The notes beneath the pieces were generated by a model that saw only the letters and a list, made by a program, of their open reading frames with translations, was not told where the DNA came from and made no database searches. A program made the position numbers and the translations under genes. 64,000 nucleotides of DNA from an uncultured Oscillospiraceae bacterium (GTDB taxonomy: Bacteria > Bacillota > Clostridia > Oscillospirales > Oscillospiraceae): the NCBI GenBank assembly GCA_944385365.1, contig CALWWW010000004.1, positions 7,297 through 71,296 on the forward strand, read 5' to 3'. How positions within the stretch are numbered: the stretch's first letter is position 1; each line of letters opens with the position of its first letter. Shown here piece by piece: positions 19,382 to 28,313 of the stretch.

Positions 19382-19397
19382 CGTTTCACGTGAAACA
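19382..19397. promoter_or_regulatory. parS: parS centromere site 2
   Basis: CGTTTCACGTGAAACA, one mismatch to consensus, 13 bp from site 1. Confidence 0.88.
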
Positions 19398-19405
19398 TTC
19401 CGTTG

Positions 19406-20821
19406 TTATTTGGGGCAATCCAGATAGATAAAGCCGTTGCACCGCTCGCTTTCGCCGTACCAGTGCAGGGGGTATAAATTATTGGGATTATTGGATTTTG
19501 GTATGTAGGTGACGCCTCTCCAGGCGTGACCAGCGTCAGCCATGGACACCCAGATGCCGCCATCGTCCACTGCTTCCACATAGCCCACATGGCCGTATTG
19601 CCCGCCGGACCAGGAGACGATGGAGTTGGCCTTGGGAACGGTAGTGGAGCCTTGGAAATACGGGGACAAGGTGCGGTAATAGTCACCGCCGTTGCCCAGC
19701 AGTGTGACACCGTCGCACAGAGCAACAAGGGATTGCCCATGAGCCAGCTCCACATATTGGGCGGCCCGTCCCCAGGCCCACCAGGTGCATTGCCACGGGT
19801 CCTTGCCGGTGGCTTCGGCCATCTGATGCCAGGTGTCCTGTACTAGCGTGTCGGATACCTGCAAGGCATAGCCATAATATTCCTGCTTGCCGAACAGTGC
19901 CACACCAGCGCCCACATTGTTTTTGCTGTTGGAGAGGATGGTTGTAATCCCATAGCAGTCATAAATGGAGCTGCCGTAATTGGTCAGATGCTTTTGATCT
20001 CCATCAATGGTCTTCCCGATCCCAGCGGTGACCTTCGGTGTATTTTCTTGTAACATCCGCTGATTTAAGGAGACCACCAGTTCTTCCGTTACCGTATCCA
20101 CTGTAGACAGCGGAAAGTCGAGTTGGACATCTCCGGTCCAACCGCTGACATCCAAAAGATCGCCCATGCCGTCATATCGGAACGCCAGCATGGTTTGCCC
20201 ACGTTGAATGAAGTACCGCTGCATGGCAGTAATCAATTCTGCACGGGTCATGGGGTCAGAGGGGGCGAAGGTGGTCGCGCTGCGGCCCGATACAATGCCG
20301 GCAGCCCGGCAGAGAGAGACGGCGGCCTGAGCATTGGTGGACAGTCCGTCTAAATCCGTAAAGGTGTTGGACGCGGACATAGGCAAACGGTTTCCACCGG
20401 TAGCCTGATCGTAAGACAGCAAAGTGGTACAGAGTTCCGCACGGGTCAAGGATTGTTCCGCACCAAAGGAAACCATGGGCGACCAAAGCCCCTCCCCTAC
20501 TGCCCAGCGGACCGTCTCAGCATACCACGCATTGGCGGACACGTCCGGCGGCAGCTGCCCCTGGCCCTTGGGAGAACCGGCAGCCCGGTGCAGCATGGTG
20601 TACAGCATGGCGCGGTTGGCGGCCTGATTGGGATGAAAATCACCGATGGTGTCGGCCAACAATCCGGTGGTGACACCGTATTCCACAGCGTCATAGTACC
20701 AGTCGTTGGGAGAAACGTCAAAATAAATCGTGGCCGCCCCCACGGGAAAAATCATGGCGGCGGCAGTGGTGACAGCCATAAACGCGCAGGCCGCCTTGCG
20801 GTGAAGTCTGTGTATCAACAC
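19406..20821 (-). CDS. SLH-anchored CHAP-domain peptidoglycan hydrolase
   Basis: Signal peptide and three SLH-like repeats (YFDVSPNDWYYDAV; NRAMLYTMLHR; MTRAELITAMQR). C-terminal CHAP motifs QCTWWAWGR (Cys) and GHVGYVEAV (His/Glu). Confidence 0.85.
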   Translation of the reverse strand: MLIHRLHRKAACAFMAVTTAAAMIFPVGAATIYFDVSPNDWYYDAVEYGVTTGLLADTIGDFHPNQAANRAMLYTMLHRAAGSPKGQGQLPPDVSANAWYAETVRWAVGEGLWSPMVSFGAEQSLTRAELCTTLLSYDQATGGNRLPMSASNTFTDLDGLSTNAQAAVSLCRAAGIVSGRSATTFAPSDPMTRAELITAMQRYFIQRGQTMLAFRYDGMGDLLDVSGWTGDVQLDFPLSTVDTVTEELVVSLNQRMLQENTPKVTAGIGKTIDGDQKHLTNYGSSIYDCYGITTILSNSKNNVGAGVALFGKQEYYGYALQVSDTLVQDTWHQMAEATGKDPWQCTWWAWGRAAQYVELAHGQSLVALCDGVTLLGNGGDYYRTLSPYFQGSTTVPKANSIVSWSGGQYGHVGYVEAVDDGGIWVSMADAGHAWRGVTYIPKSNNPNNLYPLHWYGESERCNGFIYLDCPK

Positions 20822-20854
20822 AATCTCCTCAATTCTTTCTCTCTATAGTTTGTG

Positions 20855-20870
20855 TGTTTCACGTGAAACA
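20855..20870. promoter_or_regulatory. parS: parS centromere site 3
   Basis: Perfect TGTTTCACGTGAAACA directly abutting the lexA stop codon. Confidence 0.93.
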
Positions 20871-21452
20871 TCAGTATTCCCGGTAGACGGCTTTGACCTT
20901 CCCCAAAATTTTGGCGTACCGTCCATCCAAAGGCTGATAGTCGGGATTCTCCGGCAAAAGCCAGATACCGCCATGGGTATCCCGGCGGAACCGCTTTACG
21001 GTGGCTTCGTCATCCAGCAGCGCCACCACAATGTCGCCGGTGTCCGCTGTGGACTGAGGACGCACCACCACATGGTCGCCGTCGAGAATCCCGGCGTTAA
21101 TCATGGAATAGCCCTGGACCCGCAGGGCAAAACAGGTATCGTCGCCATCCCAGGGCAGATATCCCTCGATGTTTTCCTGAGCCAGAATGGGCATACCGGC
21201 GGCCACGGTGCCAATGATGGGAATGCGTCCCGGCTGGTGGGCTTCCGACAAGGTGATGGCCCGGTTTTTGTTCTCGTCAATATCAATCTGTCCCTGTCGT
21301 TTCAATTCCGCCAGATGGTAATGGACCGAGGCCGTGGAGCGAAGGCCCACGGCGGCGCAAATCTCCCGTACCGACGGCGCGTACCCGTTCTCTGCGGTAA
21401 ACGCCCGGAGAAATTCCAGAATATCCTGCTGCTTTGTGCTGGTTCGTGCCAT
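20871..21452 (-). CDS. lexA: SOS repressor LexA
   Basis: wHTH PSVREICAAVGLRSTASVHYHL, cleavage site VAAG, catalytic GYSM (Ser) and ATVKR (Lys). Confidence 0.95.
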   Translation of the reverse strand: MARTSTKQQDILEFLRAFTAENGYAPSVREICAAVGLRSTASVHYHLAELKRQGQIDIDENKNRAITLSEAHQPGRIPIIGTVAAGMPILAQENIEGYLPWDGDDTCFALRVQGYSMINAGILDGDHVVVRPQSTADTGDIVVALLDDEATVKRFRRDTHGGIWLLPENPDYQPLDGRYAKILGKVKAVYREY

Positions 21453-21484
21453 AAATGGGCCCCCTTTCTGTGGTATATATGGTC

Positions 21485-21513
21485 ATCATACCATAAAAAC
21501 CGAACAAATGCAA
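21485..21513 (-). promoter_or_regulatory. lexA promoter
   Basis: Minus strand TTGCAT-17 nt-TATGAT with an extended TG; a GTTC half-site lies in the spacer. Confidence 0.55.
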
Positions 21514-21515
21514 CG

Positions 21516-22400
21516 TTAAATGCCGGTCAGGTCAAAATCGGGCACATAGTCCCGGCGGGCGGCGGCAAAATCCTGTACAAAGCCGTGGTCAATGCCGCAT
21601 AGCTCCATCCAGCTTTCTACAGCGGCGTATTCCTCCTCCGTTACGGTGCGGTCAAAGGGCGGCGTCTTGGAAACAGGACCCAGGGGTGTATATTGGGCCA
21701 TCAGGGAAAAGAAGACGGACCCGTCGGGAAAGTGGTCCGCAAACCAATCGACAACGCCCAGGGAATTGTCCACGCAGCCCGGCAATACCAAATGGCGGAC
21801 CATGGTGCCGCGCAGCAGTTGGTCATCCTGTACCACACAGGGGCCGGTCTGGCGGACCATTTCCAAAATGGCAGCAGCGGCCACTTCCGGATAGTCCCCT
21901 GCCCCGGACAACTGGGCCGCCAACCGACGGTCAGAGTACTTAAAGTCCGGCAGATAAATGTCAATCAAACCCTCCAGCTGCCGCAGCGTCTCCACCGATT
22001 CATAGCCGCCGCAGTTGTACAGCACCGGCACCGGTAGTTTGGGTGTCAACGCCGGAAGAATGTCGGGTAAAAAATGCGTAGGCGTCACCAGATTGATGTT
22101 CTGGGCCCCCTCGTCGATCAGAGACAGGAAAATTTCCCGGAGGCGGCTGCTGTCCAACGGCGCGCCGTACTGCTCCAGGGAAATGGTGTGGTTCTGGCAA
22201 AACCCACAGCGGAGGGTACAGCCGGAAAAAAAGACCGTGCCGGAGCCAAAGCTGCCCGATACAATGGGTTCCTCCCAGTAGTGGAGAGCGGCGCGGGCGG
22301 CGTGGGCTGTGCCAGGCATCCGGCAAAAGCCCAGCTCTCCCCTGCTGCGGTCCACGCCACAGGCCCGGGGGCATAGGGTGCAGTGTTCATACGTCAACAA
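21516..22400 (-). CDS. Radical SAM protein, PflX/pyruvate-formate-lyase activating enzyme-like
   Basis: N-terminal CTLCPRACGVDR, CxxxCxxC motif FFSGCTLRCGFCQN, IDIYLPDFKY, VRHLVLPG. TTG start after GAGGTG. Confidence 0.88.
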   Translation of the reverse strand: MLTYEHCTLCPRACGVDRSRGELGFCRMPGTAHAARAALHYWEEPIVSGSFGSGTVFFSGCTLRCGFCQNHTISLEQYGAPLDSSRLREIFLSLIDEGAQNINLVTPTHFLPDILPALTPKLPVPVLYNCGGYESVETLRQLEGLIDIYLPDFKYSDRRLAAQLSGAGDYPEVAAAAILEMVRQTGPCVVQDDQLLRGTMVRHLVLPGCVDNSLGVVDWFADHFPDGSVFFSLMAQYTPLGPVSKTPPFDRTVTEEEYAAVESWMELCGIDHGFVQDFAAARRDYVPDFDLTGI

Positions 22401-22523
22401 GTGCGTCACCTCGTCAAATGGATACCAACAGTATACGATTCCCGGCGGAAAACCGCAAGAACGGTTTACGCAAAGAACGATCTGTGGTAAAATAAAGGGC
22501 ATCAATAAAGGAGGAACTTCCCG

Positions 22524-23366
22524 ATGAAAAAACTGCTTGCGGCCCTGCTGGCCGTTTTACTGCTGGTGGGCGTCACCGGCTGTCATAAAGAAAAGACACC
22601 CGAAGAACCGGAGGTGCCGGAACAGACGGTGCCGGAACCGGTGGAAGAGGAACCGGACGATTCCCAGCCCCAGAAACCGGAAACGCCGGAGGATAACCAG
22701 GAACAAGAGGACAATCAGGAGGACACCCCCGCCACCGATGGAGAATTGGGCGCGGAACTGACGGTGGTGGAGACGGAAAACAGCATTGAGGACCGGGTCA
22801 CCTATCTAATCACCATGCCGTCGGTGTCCACAGGCGACAGCGCCGTGGACACGATTCTCAACGACTATTACAGCAACCAGACCGGCAAACTGGAGGACCT
22901 CTGCTGGGGCGAGATTTACGAACAGGCCATCAATGACCATGTGAGTTTCGATGTGGTAACGAATTTCAGTGTGCAGGAAAACACGCCGGAACGGCTGTCC
23001 ATTGTTCGCCAGACCATTGTCACCAATACCCATACCCAGGAGAGCACCGTCACCCAGCAGGCGGAAACCTTCCGGCTGTCCGATGGTGCGCTGCTGCTGG
23101 CCAATGACTTTTTCAGCGTGGACGAGGCGGCGTGGACCAACCGCGTGGTGGATTTGGTCCGCCGCTCCATCAGCGAAGACCCGTACCACAGCGAGACAAT
23201 GTCGCAGCAGTGGTCGGACTTGGCCTACAGCGCCTTTAATAAAGATCAATTCTACGTCACCCCCAACGCCTTCTGCGTGTTCTATCAGGACGGCGCGTTG
23301 GGTCAGGAGGGCGTGATGGACTTTGCAATTCCCTGGACGGAACTCCAGGGCATTACTGCACAGTGA
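22524..23366 (+). CDS. Lipoprotein with an acidic Pro/Glu linker and a probable DUF3298/RsiV-PdaC-like domain
   Basis: Lipobox VTGC after a hydrophobic leader, E/P/Q-rich linker, and C-terminal FYVTPNAFCVFY...FAIPW pattern. Confidence 0.65.
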   Translation: MKKLLAALLAVLLLVGVTGCHKEKTPEEPEVPEQTVPEPVEEEPDDSQPQKPETPEDNQEQEDNQEDTPATDGELGAELTVVETENSIEDRVTYLITMPSVSTGDSAVDTILNDYYSNQTGKLEDLCWGEIYEQAINDHVSFDVVTNFSVQENTPERLSIVRQTIVTNTHTQESTVTQQAETFRLSDGALLLANDFFSVDEAAWTNRVVDLVRRSISEDPYHSETMSQQWSDLAYSAFNKDQFYVTPNAFCVFYQDGALGQEGVMDFAIPWTELQGITAQ

Positions 23367-23379
23367 CCGGAGGGAACCT

Positions 23380-24744
23380 ATGGTCAAGAAGAAAGAACAT
23401 ATCACCGTCACCATCACCGGCTATACCAGCGAGGGCCAGGGCGTAGCCCGCCACCCGGAGGGCATGGCGGTTTTTGTCACCGATGCCATCGCCGGAGAAG
23501 TGGCAGAGGTGGAAATTGATCACGTGGGCAAAACGGCGGCCCACGGCCATATCGTCAAGCTGCTGGAGGTCTCCCCCCACCGGGTCAACCGGGCCTGTCC
23601 CATCGGCAAGCGGTGCGGCGGCTGCAATTTCTGGCATATGGATTATGAGGAGGAGCTGCGGCTCAAGGGCCAGCGGGTCCGGGACGCTATTAGCCGCATC
23701 GGCGGCGTGGACCCGGGAGAGGTGACCGTCCTGCCGGGCACCATGGAGGGCTACCGCAATAAGGCCCAGTTCCCCGTGGGGGCCAGTGACTTCGGCCAGC
23801 CGGTGGCGGGGTTCTATATGGCCCGCAGCCATGAAATCCTGCCGGTGCAGCGGTGCCGGATTCAGGACCCGCGGGCCGACGAGGCCAAAACCGCCGTCAT
23901 GGAATGGATGGAGCTGGAGAACATTTCGGCCTATGACGAGGGTTCTCAGCGGGGACTGGTGCGCCATATTTATGTGCGGACGGCGTCCGCCGGTACGCTG
24001 GTCTGTATTGTGGCCAACGGCGGCGCGCCGGGGGCAGCGGATACGTTGCTGCAGCTGTTGCAGGCTGCCGTGCCGGATTTGGTGGGACTGGTCTGGAATA
24101 TCAACCGCCGCCCGGGCAACAGCGTCCTGGGCGACCGCTTTGAAACGCTGTGGGGCCAGGGCTATTTGGAGGAGACACTGTGCGGACTGAAATTCCGCCT
24201 GTCGCCTCGGTCCTTTTTCCAGGTCAACCGGCAGCAGGCCCAGCGGCTCTATGATACGGCATTGGAACTGGCCCAGCTGGACGCCAATACTACGGCGCTG
24301 GATTTGTACTGCGGCACCGGCACCATCACCCTGTGCATGGCCCGGAAAGCCGGAAAGGTCTACGGCGTGGAGATCATCGACGCAGCCATTGCGGATGCTT
24401 GGGAAAACGCCAAACGCAACGGGATTGACAATGTGGAGTTTTTCTGCGCCGACGCCGGACAGGCTGCCGAACGGTTTGCCCAAGAGGGCATAGCGCCCCA
24501 GGTCATTATGGTGGACCCGCCCCGTAAGGGCCTCTCCCCTGCCGTCATTGACGCCATGGCCCAGATGGCGCCGGAACGTATCGTCTATGTTTCATGTGAC
24601 CCGGCTACTCTGGCCCGGGATATCGGACTACTGCGGGAAAAGGGTTACGTTTTACACACGACAAAAGCCGTGGACATGTTCCCCCGCTGCGCCCATATAG
24701 AAACTGTGGCTCTGTTGCTGCGGTCGCAGCCGGAAAAGAAATAG
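23380..24744 (+). CDS. rlmD: 23S rRNA (uracil-5)-methyltransferase RlmD/RumA
   Basis: TRAM-like N-terminus, CPIGKRCGGC (4Fe-4S), YRNKAQF, SFFQVN, LDLYCGTG, VDPPRKG, YVSCDPATLARD, DMFPRCAHIET. Confidence 0.93.
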   Translation: MVKKKEHITVTITGYTSEGQGVARHPEGMAVFVTDAIAGEVAEVEIDHVGKTAAHGHIVKLLEVSPHRVNRACPIGKRCGGCNFWHMDYEEELRLKGQRVRDAISRIGGVDPGEVTVLPGTMEGYRNKAQFPVGASDFGQPVAGFYMARSHEILPVQRCRIQDPRADEAKTAVMEWMELENISAYDEGSQRGLVRHIYVRTASAGTLVCIVANGGAPGAADTLLQLLQAAVPDLVGLVWNINRRPGNSVLGDRFETLWGQGYLEETLCGLKFRLSPRSFFQVNRQQAQRLYDTALELAQLDANTTALDLYCGTGTITLCMARKAGKVYGVEIIDAAIADAWENAKRNGIDNVEFFCADAGQAAERFAQEGIAPQVIMVDPPRKGLSPAVIDAMAQMAPERIVYVSCDPATLARDIGLLREKGYVLHTTKAVDMFPRCAHIETVALLLRSQPEKK

Positions 24745-24774
24745 AATGATTTTTGTAAAATATTTAGGAACATC

Positions 24775-24801
24775 TTAAATTCCAACCGATCGTGCCGATA
24801 T
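24775..24801 (+). promoter_or_regulatory. Sigma-28 (FliA/SigD)-type promoter of the diguanylate cyclase gene
   Basis: TTAAA...GCCGATAT. The -10 element matches the SigD consensus perfectly, with 14-15 nt spacing. Confidence 0.7.
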
Positions 24802-24865
24802 AGTTATCAAATGCATGTTAAGACACATGTAAAGGACATTGGGCAGAGAGGACGGAAGAGGAAGC

Positions 24866-25843
24866 ATGACAGTGAGATATAATGACGCGGTTCCCCGGGG
24901 GCGGGAAGTCATGGACCTCACCAGCCGCATGATGCATCTGTACTACTGCGAAGGCGATATGGAAGGGGTCATCGCGCATTTTGATGAGGGGTTTCTTTGG
25001 CTTGGCGCCGGGGAACAGGAATGCGCCGCGGGAACCGATACTGTAAAGGGAATCTTTCGACTGTTTGCCGGACAGGTGCCCAAATGCATCATCCATGACG
25101 AAGAATATCATGTGCTGCAAATTGGACCAGAAACGTATCTGTGCATGGGCCGGATGTGGATTGAGACGGCGCCGGAGACGGAGATTTATCTGCGGGTCCA
25201 TCAGCGGATTACCACGGCGTTCCGGGAGACAGCGGGAGAGCTGCGATGCTGTCACATTCACATATCCAACCCCTACGGGGAGATGATGGATGACGATGTG
25301 GGCTTCCCGACCCATATGGCCCGGCAGTCCCATGCGTATGTGAAAGAACAGCTGGAAGTACAGAGACAAAAACAGGCCGATTTGACGTACCGGGACTTCC
25401 TTACCGGCGTGTACAATCAGAACCGCTTCAATGAAATCCGGGACAGCGATTTTACCGATGGCGGCAACGGCATGGGCGTGGCCTGCCTGGACCTCAATGG
25501 TCTCAAGGAACTCAATGACCGGATGGGCCACAGCGCCGGAGATGATTTGATTTGCCGTACAGCGGCCCAGCTGCGCCGGAGCTTCCCCGATCAGGTATAC
25601 CGCACCGGCGGCGATGAATTTGTCGTGGTGGACTGTGTGCATTCTGAGGTGGTGTTCCACGCCGCCATGGAAGAGGTCCGCCGCAATCTGATTCGGGCGG
25701 GCATCAGCTGTTCCATCGGCGCTTCCTGGAGACCCCATCCGGGCAATATCCGCCAGCAGTACGATGAAGCGGACCAACGGATGTATCAGGATAAGCGCAA
25801 ATACTACAGCAGCCGGGAACACGATCGCAGAAACCGGCGCTGA
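24866..25843 (+). CDS. Diguanylate cyclase (GGDEF) with an N-terminal SnoaL/NTF2-like domain
   Basis: DFLTGVYNQ, DLNGLKELNDRMGHSAGDDLI and intact RTGGDEF. The N-terminal region ends in CCHIHISNPY, a pattern typical of SnoaL-like folds. Confidence 0.85.
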   Translation: MTVRYNDAVPRGREVMDLTSRMMHLYYCEGDMEGVIAHFDEGFLWLGAGEQECAAGTDTVKGIFRLFAGQVPKCIIHDEEYHVLQIGPETYLCMGRMWIETAPETEIYLRVHQRITTAFRETAGELRCCHIHISNPYGEMMDDDVGFPTHMARQSHAYVKEQLEVQRQKQADLTYRDFLTGVYNQNRFNEIRDSDFTDGGNGMGVACLDLNGLKELNDRMGHSAGDDLICRTAAQLRRSFPDQVYRTGGDEFVVVDCVHSEVVFHAAMEEVRRNLIRAGISCSIGASWRPHPGNIRQQYDEADQRMYQDKRKYYSSREHDRRNRR

Positions 25844-25878
25844 CCGATTTGACATCAAATTAAGAAATTACGACTGGT

Positions 25879-25916
25879 AAAAATACCCGACTTCTCATGG
25901 AAGTTGGGTATTTTTT
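25879..25916 (+). terminator. Terminator downstream of the diguanylate cyclase gene
   Basis: AAAAATACCCGACTTC/GAAGTTGGGTATTTTT hairpin. Confidence 0.7.
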
Positions 25917-26019
25917 CTGCCTAATCCATGGCCGGAGATTGCAAAGAAACCGCCTGTCAGCTATAATGAGACCATACCATGCCCGCCTGTGCGGGCAGTG
26001 AGAAACGGAGGGAATCAGC

Positions 26020-27663
26020 ATGAAAACCTGTGCAAACTGCGGACATACCATGAACGATCAGGACGTATTTTGCAGCAACTGCGGCGCCATGTCCCTGGAG
26101 AATACCGACAGCCCGGCGGCAACGCCCCAGCCCGCGGCGGCGCCGACGTCGGAGGTGACGCCTGCCCCGGCCCCGGCAGCGCCCAAGGGCGGCACCAAGG
26201 GCATCGGCAAGGTGGCAATTCTGGCGGCGGTTGCCGTGGTGGTTCTGGTGGTGGCGGTGTTCGGCATTACCGGGGCGCTGAAAGGCGGCGACGACTCCTT
26301 TGCCGGGGTGCAGCGAGAGTTTTTGCTGGACAGCGGCGTGACCTATGTGGAACAGCTGGTGGACCAGTACAACGCCATGACCAATCTTTCCACTGACATG
26401 ACCGTGAAGGTGGAGACCGGCGTACCGGAATATGACGCCTATCTGGACGGTACCGCCCTGCGGATGGGCCTGGAGACCCAGCGAGATGCCTTCGCCCTGG
26501 ACGCCACTTTGCAGCTCATGGGCAGTGATGTGCTCCACGGTGTGGTGGCCCTGGACGACGGGATGCTGACACTGGCCATGCCGGAGATCAACGACAACCG
26601 GTATGTTCTGGATTTGAAGCAGATCATCTATGAGAACATAGGCATCGAAGTGACGGAGCTGGCGCTGCCCGAGCTGTCCAAAGATACTATGGTATCTCTG
26701 CTCAAATCCTACTTTGAGGTGGTTATCGCCACGGCCACCGACGACAATGTGACGGTGGAAAAGAACCAGGAGATTGAACTGCCGTATCTGGGCGAGACAG
26801 TCAAGGGTACCCGCTATGTCTTCCAGCCCACAGCCAAGGATGTGGAGAATATGATGCTGCGGCTGGCCGACGCTCTGGAACAGGATGAGGACCTGCGGGA
26901 GTTTGTCCTTTCTCTGGCGGGAAACAATCTGGCCCTGGTGGAGCAGATGCTGAACGTGGAGGATTTGGACGCCACCTTGCAGCAGAGCCTGGACGAAGCT
27001 GCTGCCTCTCTGCGGGAGTCTGCCGCCGAGATTGGCCAGCAGGTTGCGGACGCGGGCTTTACCTGGACCGTGGGTTATGCCGATGGCCGGGTGTGCTATC
27101 AGGGTCTCGGCCTGGCGGGCGAGCCCGATACCTATGTCTATGAATCAGCGGGCAAGGAATCCCAGGGCCGCAGGGATGTGGTCTATATGGACAATTTCTC
27201 GGAGGAAGATGGACCGGCAGCTCTGCTGGAAGCGGAGTACACCAAGGACGGCGGTGCCTATAGCGGCACGGTAACCATGAAAGAATGGGGCGAAACCGTT
27301 CTCTCCATGGAGTATCAGGATGTGAATCCGGAGAAGTGTTCCCCCCTGGGAACGGCCTATGGCAGTTATGTTTTCACGGTCCGGGACTACGAGATGACCG
27401 TGGAAATGACCGTAGAGAAGAGCGCAGGCGGCGGTACAGATATTGTAATGACCTTTACCGGCGACGACTTCTACTCAATGACGGGATTTGACGGTCTGAC
27501 GCTGCGGCTCTACTCCACCGATAAGGATGCCACCATTCAGATGCCGGAGGGCGACGAGGTGGATATTGCTTCCATGAGCGACGACGAGCTGATGGAGTTG
27601 AGCATGCTCATTCAGAGCAGCCTCATGGAATCTCTGTCGGCAGTCCTGAGCATGTCGTACTGA
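26020..27663 (+). CDS. Zinc-ribbon-domain membrane protein with a large extracytoplasmic domain
   Basis: MKTCANCG...FCSNCG (two CxxC), Pro/Ala linker, one TM helix, then about 450 aa of acidic domain. Confidence 0.75.
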   Translation: MKTCANCGHTMNDQDVFCSNCGAMSLENTDSPAATPQPAAAPTSEVTPAPAPAAPKGGTKGIGKVAILAAVAVVVLVVAVFGITGALKGGDDSFAGVQREFLLDSGVTYVEQLVDQYNAMTNLSTDMTVKVETGVPEYDAYLDGTALRMGLETQRDAFALDATLQLMGSDVLHGVVALDDGMLTLAMPEINDNRYVLDLKQIIYENIGIEVTELALPELSKDTMVSLLKSYFEVVIATATDDNVTVEKNQEIELPYLGETVKGTRYVFQPTAKDVENMMLRLADALEQDEDLREFVLSLAGNNLALVEQMLNVEDLDATLQQSLDEAAASLRESAAEIGQQVADAGFTWTVGYADGRVCYQGLGLAGEPDTYVYESAGKESQGRRDVVYMDNFSEEDGPAALLEAEYTKDGGAYSGTVTMKEWGETVLSMEYQDVNPEKCSPLGTAYGSYVFTVRDYEMTVEMTVEKSAGGGTDIVMTFTGDDFYSMTGFDGLTLRLYSTDKDATIQMPEGDEVDIASMSDDELMELSMLIQSSLMESLSAVLSMSY

Positions 27664-28313
27664 TGGAGCACGGAACGCGAGCACAGCTGCGGCTGGAGCA
27701 GATGGAAAAACGGTTTGGTCCCGGCGGCCCCGGCGTGGGTCCCCTCTCCCTGGTTCTGGATCAGGGAGAGGTCCTGGGGCTCCAGGGCCGTAACGGCGCG
27801 GGCAAAAGCACCCTGCTCAAGGTTTTGGCCGGTCTGTACCGACCGGACCGGGGAACGGTGGAACGCCCGCCCCAATGGGAGCGGTTCACCGCCTATGTAC
27901 CCCAGGAGATTGCCCTGTATGAAAGCCTGTCTGCCTGGGACAACCTGCAATTCTGGGGCCGGGTCTACGGAATGCCCTCCAAAATTTTGCCGGTCCGGGG
28001 CCGCTGGCTGCTGGAGCAGCTGGACCTGCTGGACCGGGCCAGGGACACAGTGGGAGCATTCTCCGGCGGGATGCAGCGGCGGCTGCAGCTGGCCACTGCC
28101 TTGATGGCGTCGCCGCAGCTGCTGCTGTTGGACGAACCCACCGCCGGAGCCGACCCCCAGTCGGTGGAGCAGATTTTGTCGCTGCTGCTCCATTTACGGG
28201 GCCAGGGCTGCACCATGGTGCTCATTAGTCATCACCGTTCGGAGCTGGAGCGGGTTTGCAGCCGCATTGTGACCCTGGACCAGGGAATGGTTGTGGAGGA
28301 ACAGCGATTATGA
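27663..28313 (+). CDS. ABC transporter ATP-binding protein (ABC-2 exporter type)
   Basis: Walker A GRNGAGKST, signature FSGGMQ, Walker B LLLLDEPT, H-loop SHH. Confidence 0.92.
   Translation: MEHGTRAQLRLEQMEKRFGPGGPGVGPLSLVLDQGEVLGLQGRNGAGKSTLLKVLAGLYRPDRGTVERPPQWERFTAYVPQEIALYESLSAWDNLQFWGRVYGMPSKILPVRGRWLLEQLDLLDRARDTVGAFSGGMQRRLQLATALMASPQLLLLDEPTAGADPQSVEQILSLLLHLRGQGCTMVLISHHRSELERVCSRIVTLDQGMVVEEQRL

Noticed and set aside
19353-19397. CRISPR-like repeat-spacer-repeat
   Set aside because: The repeats are 16-bp parS palindromes with a 13-bp gap. There are no cas genes, and the unit size is wrong for CRISPR.
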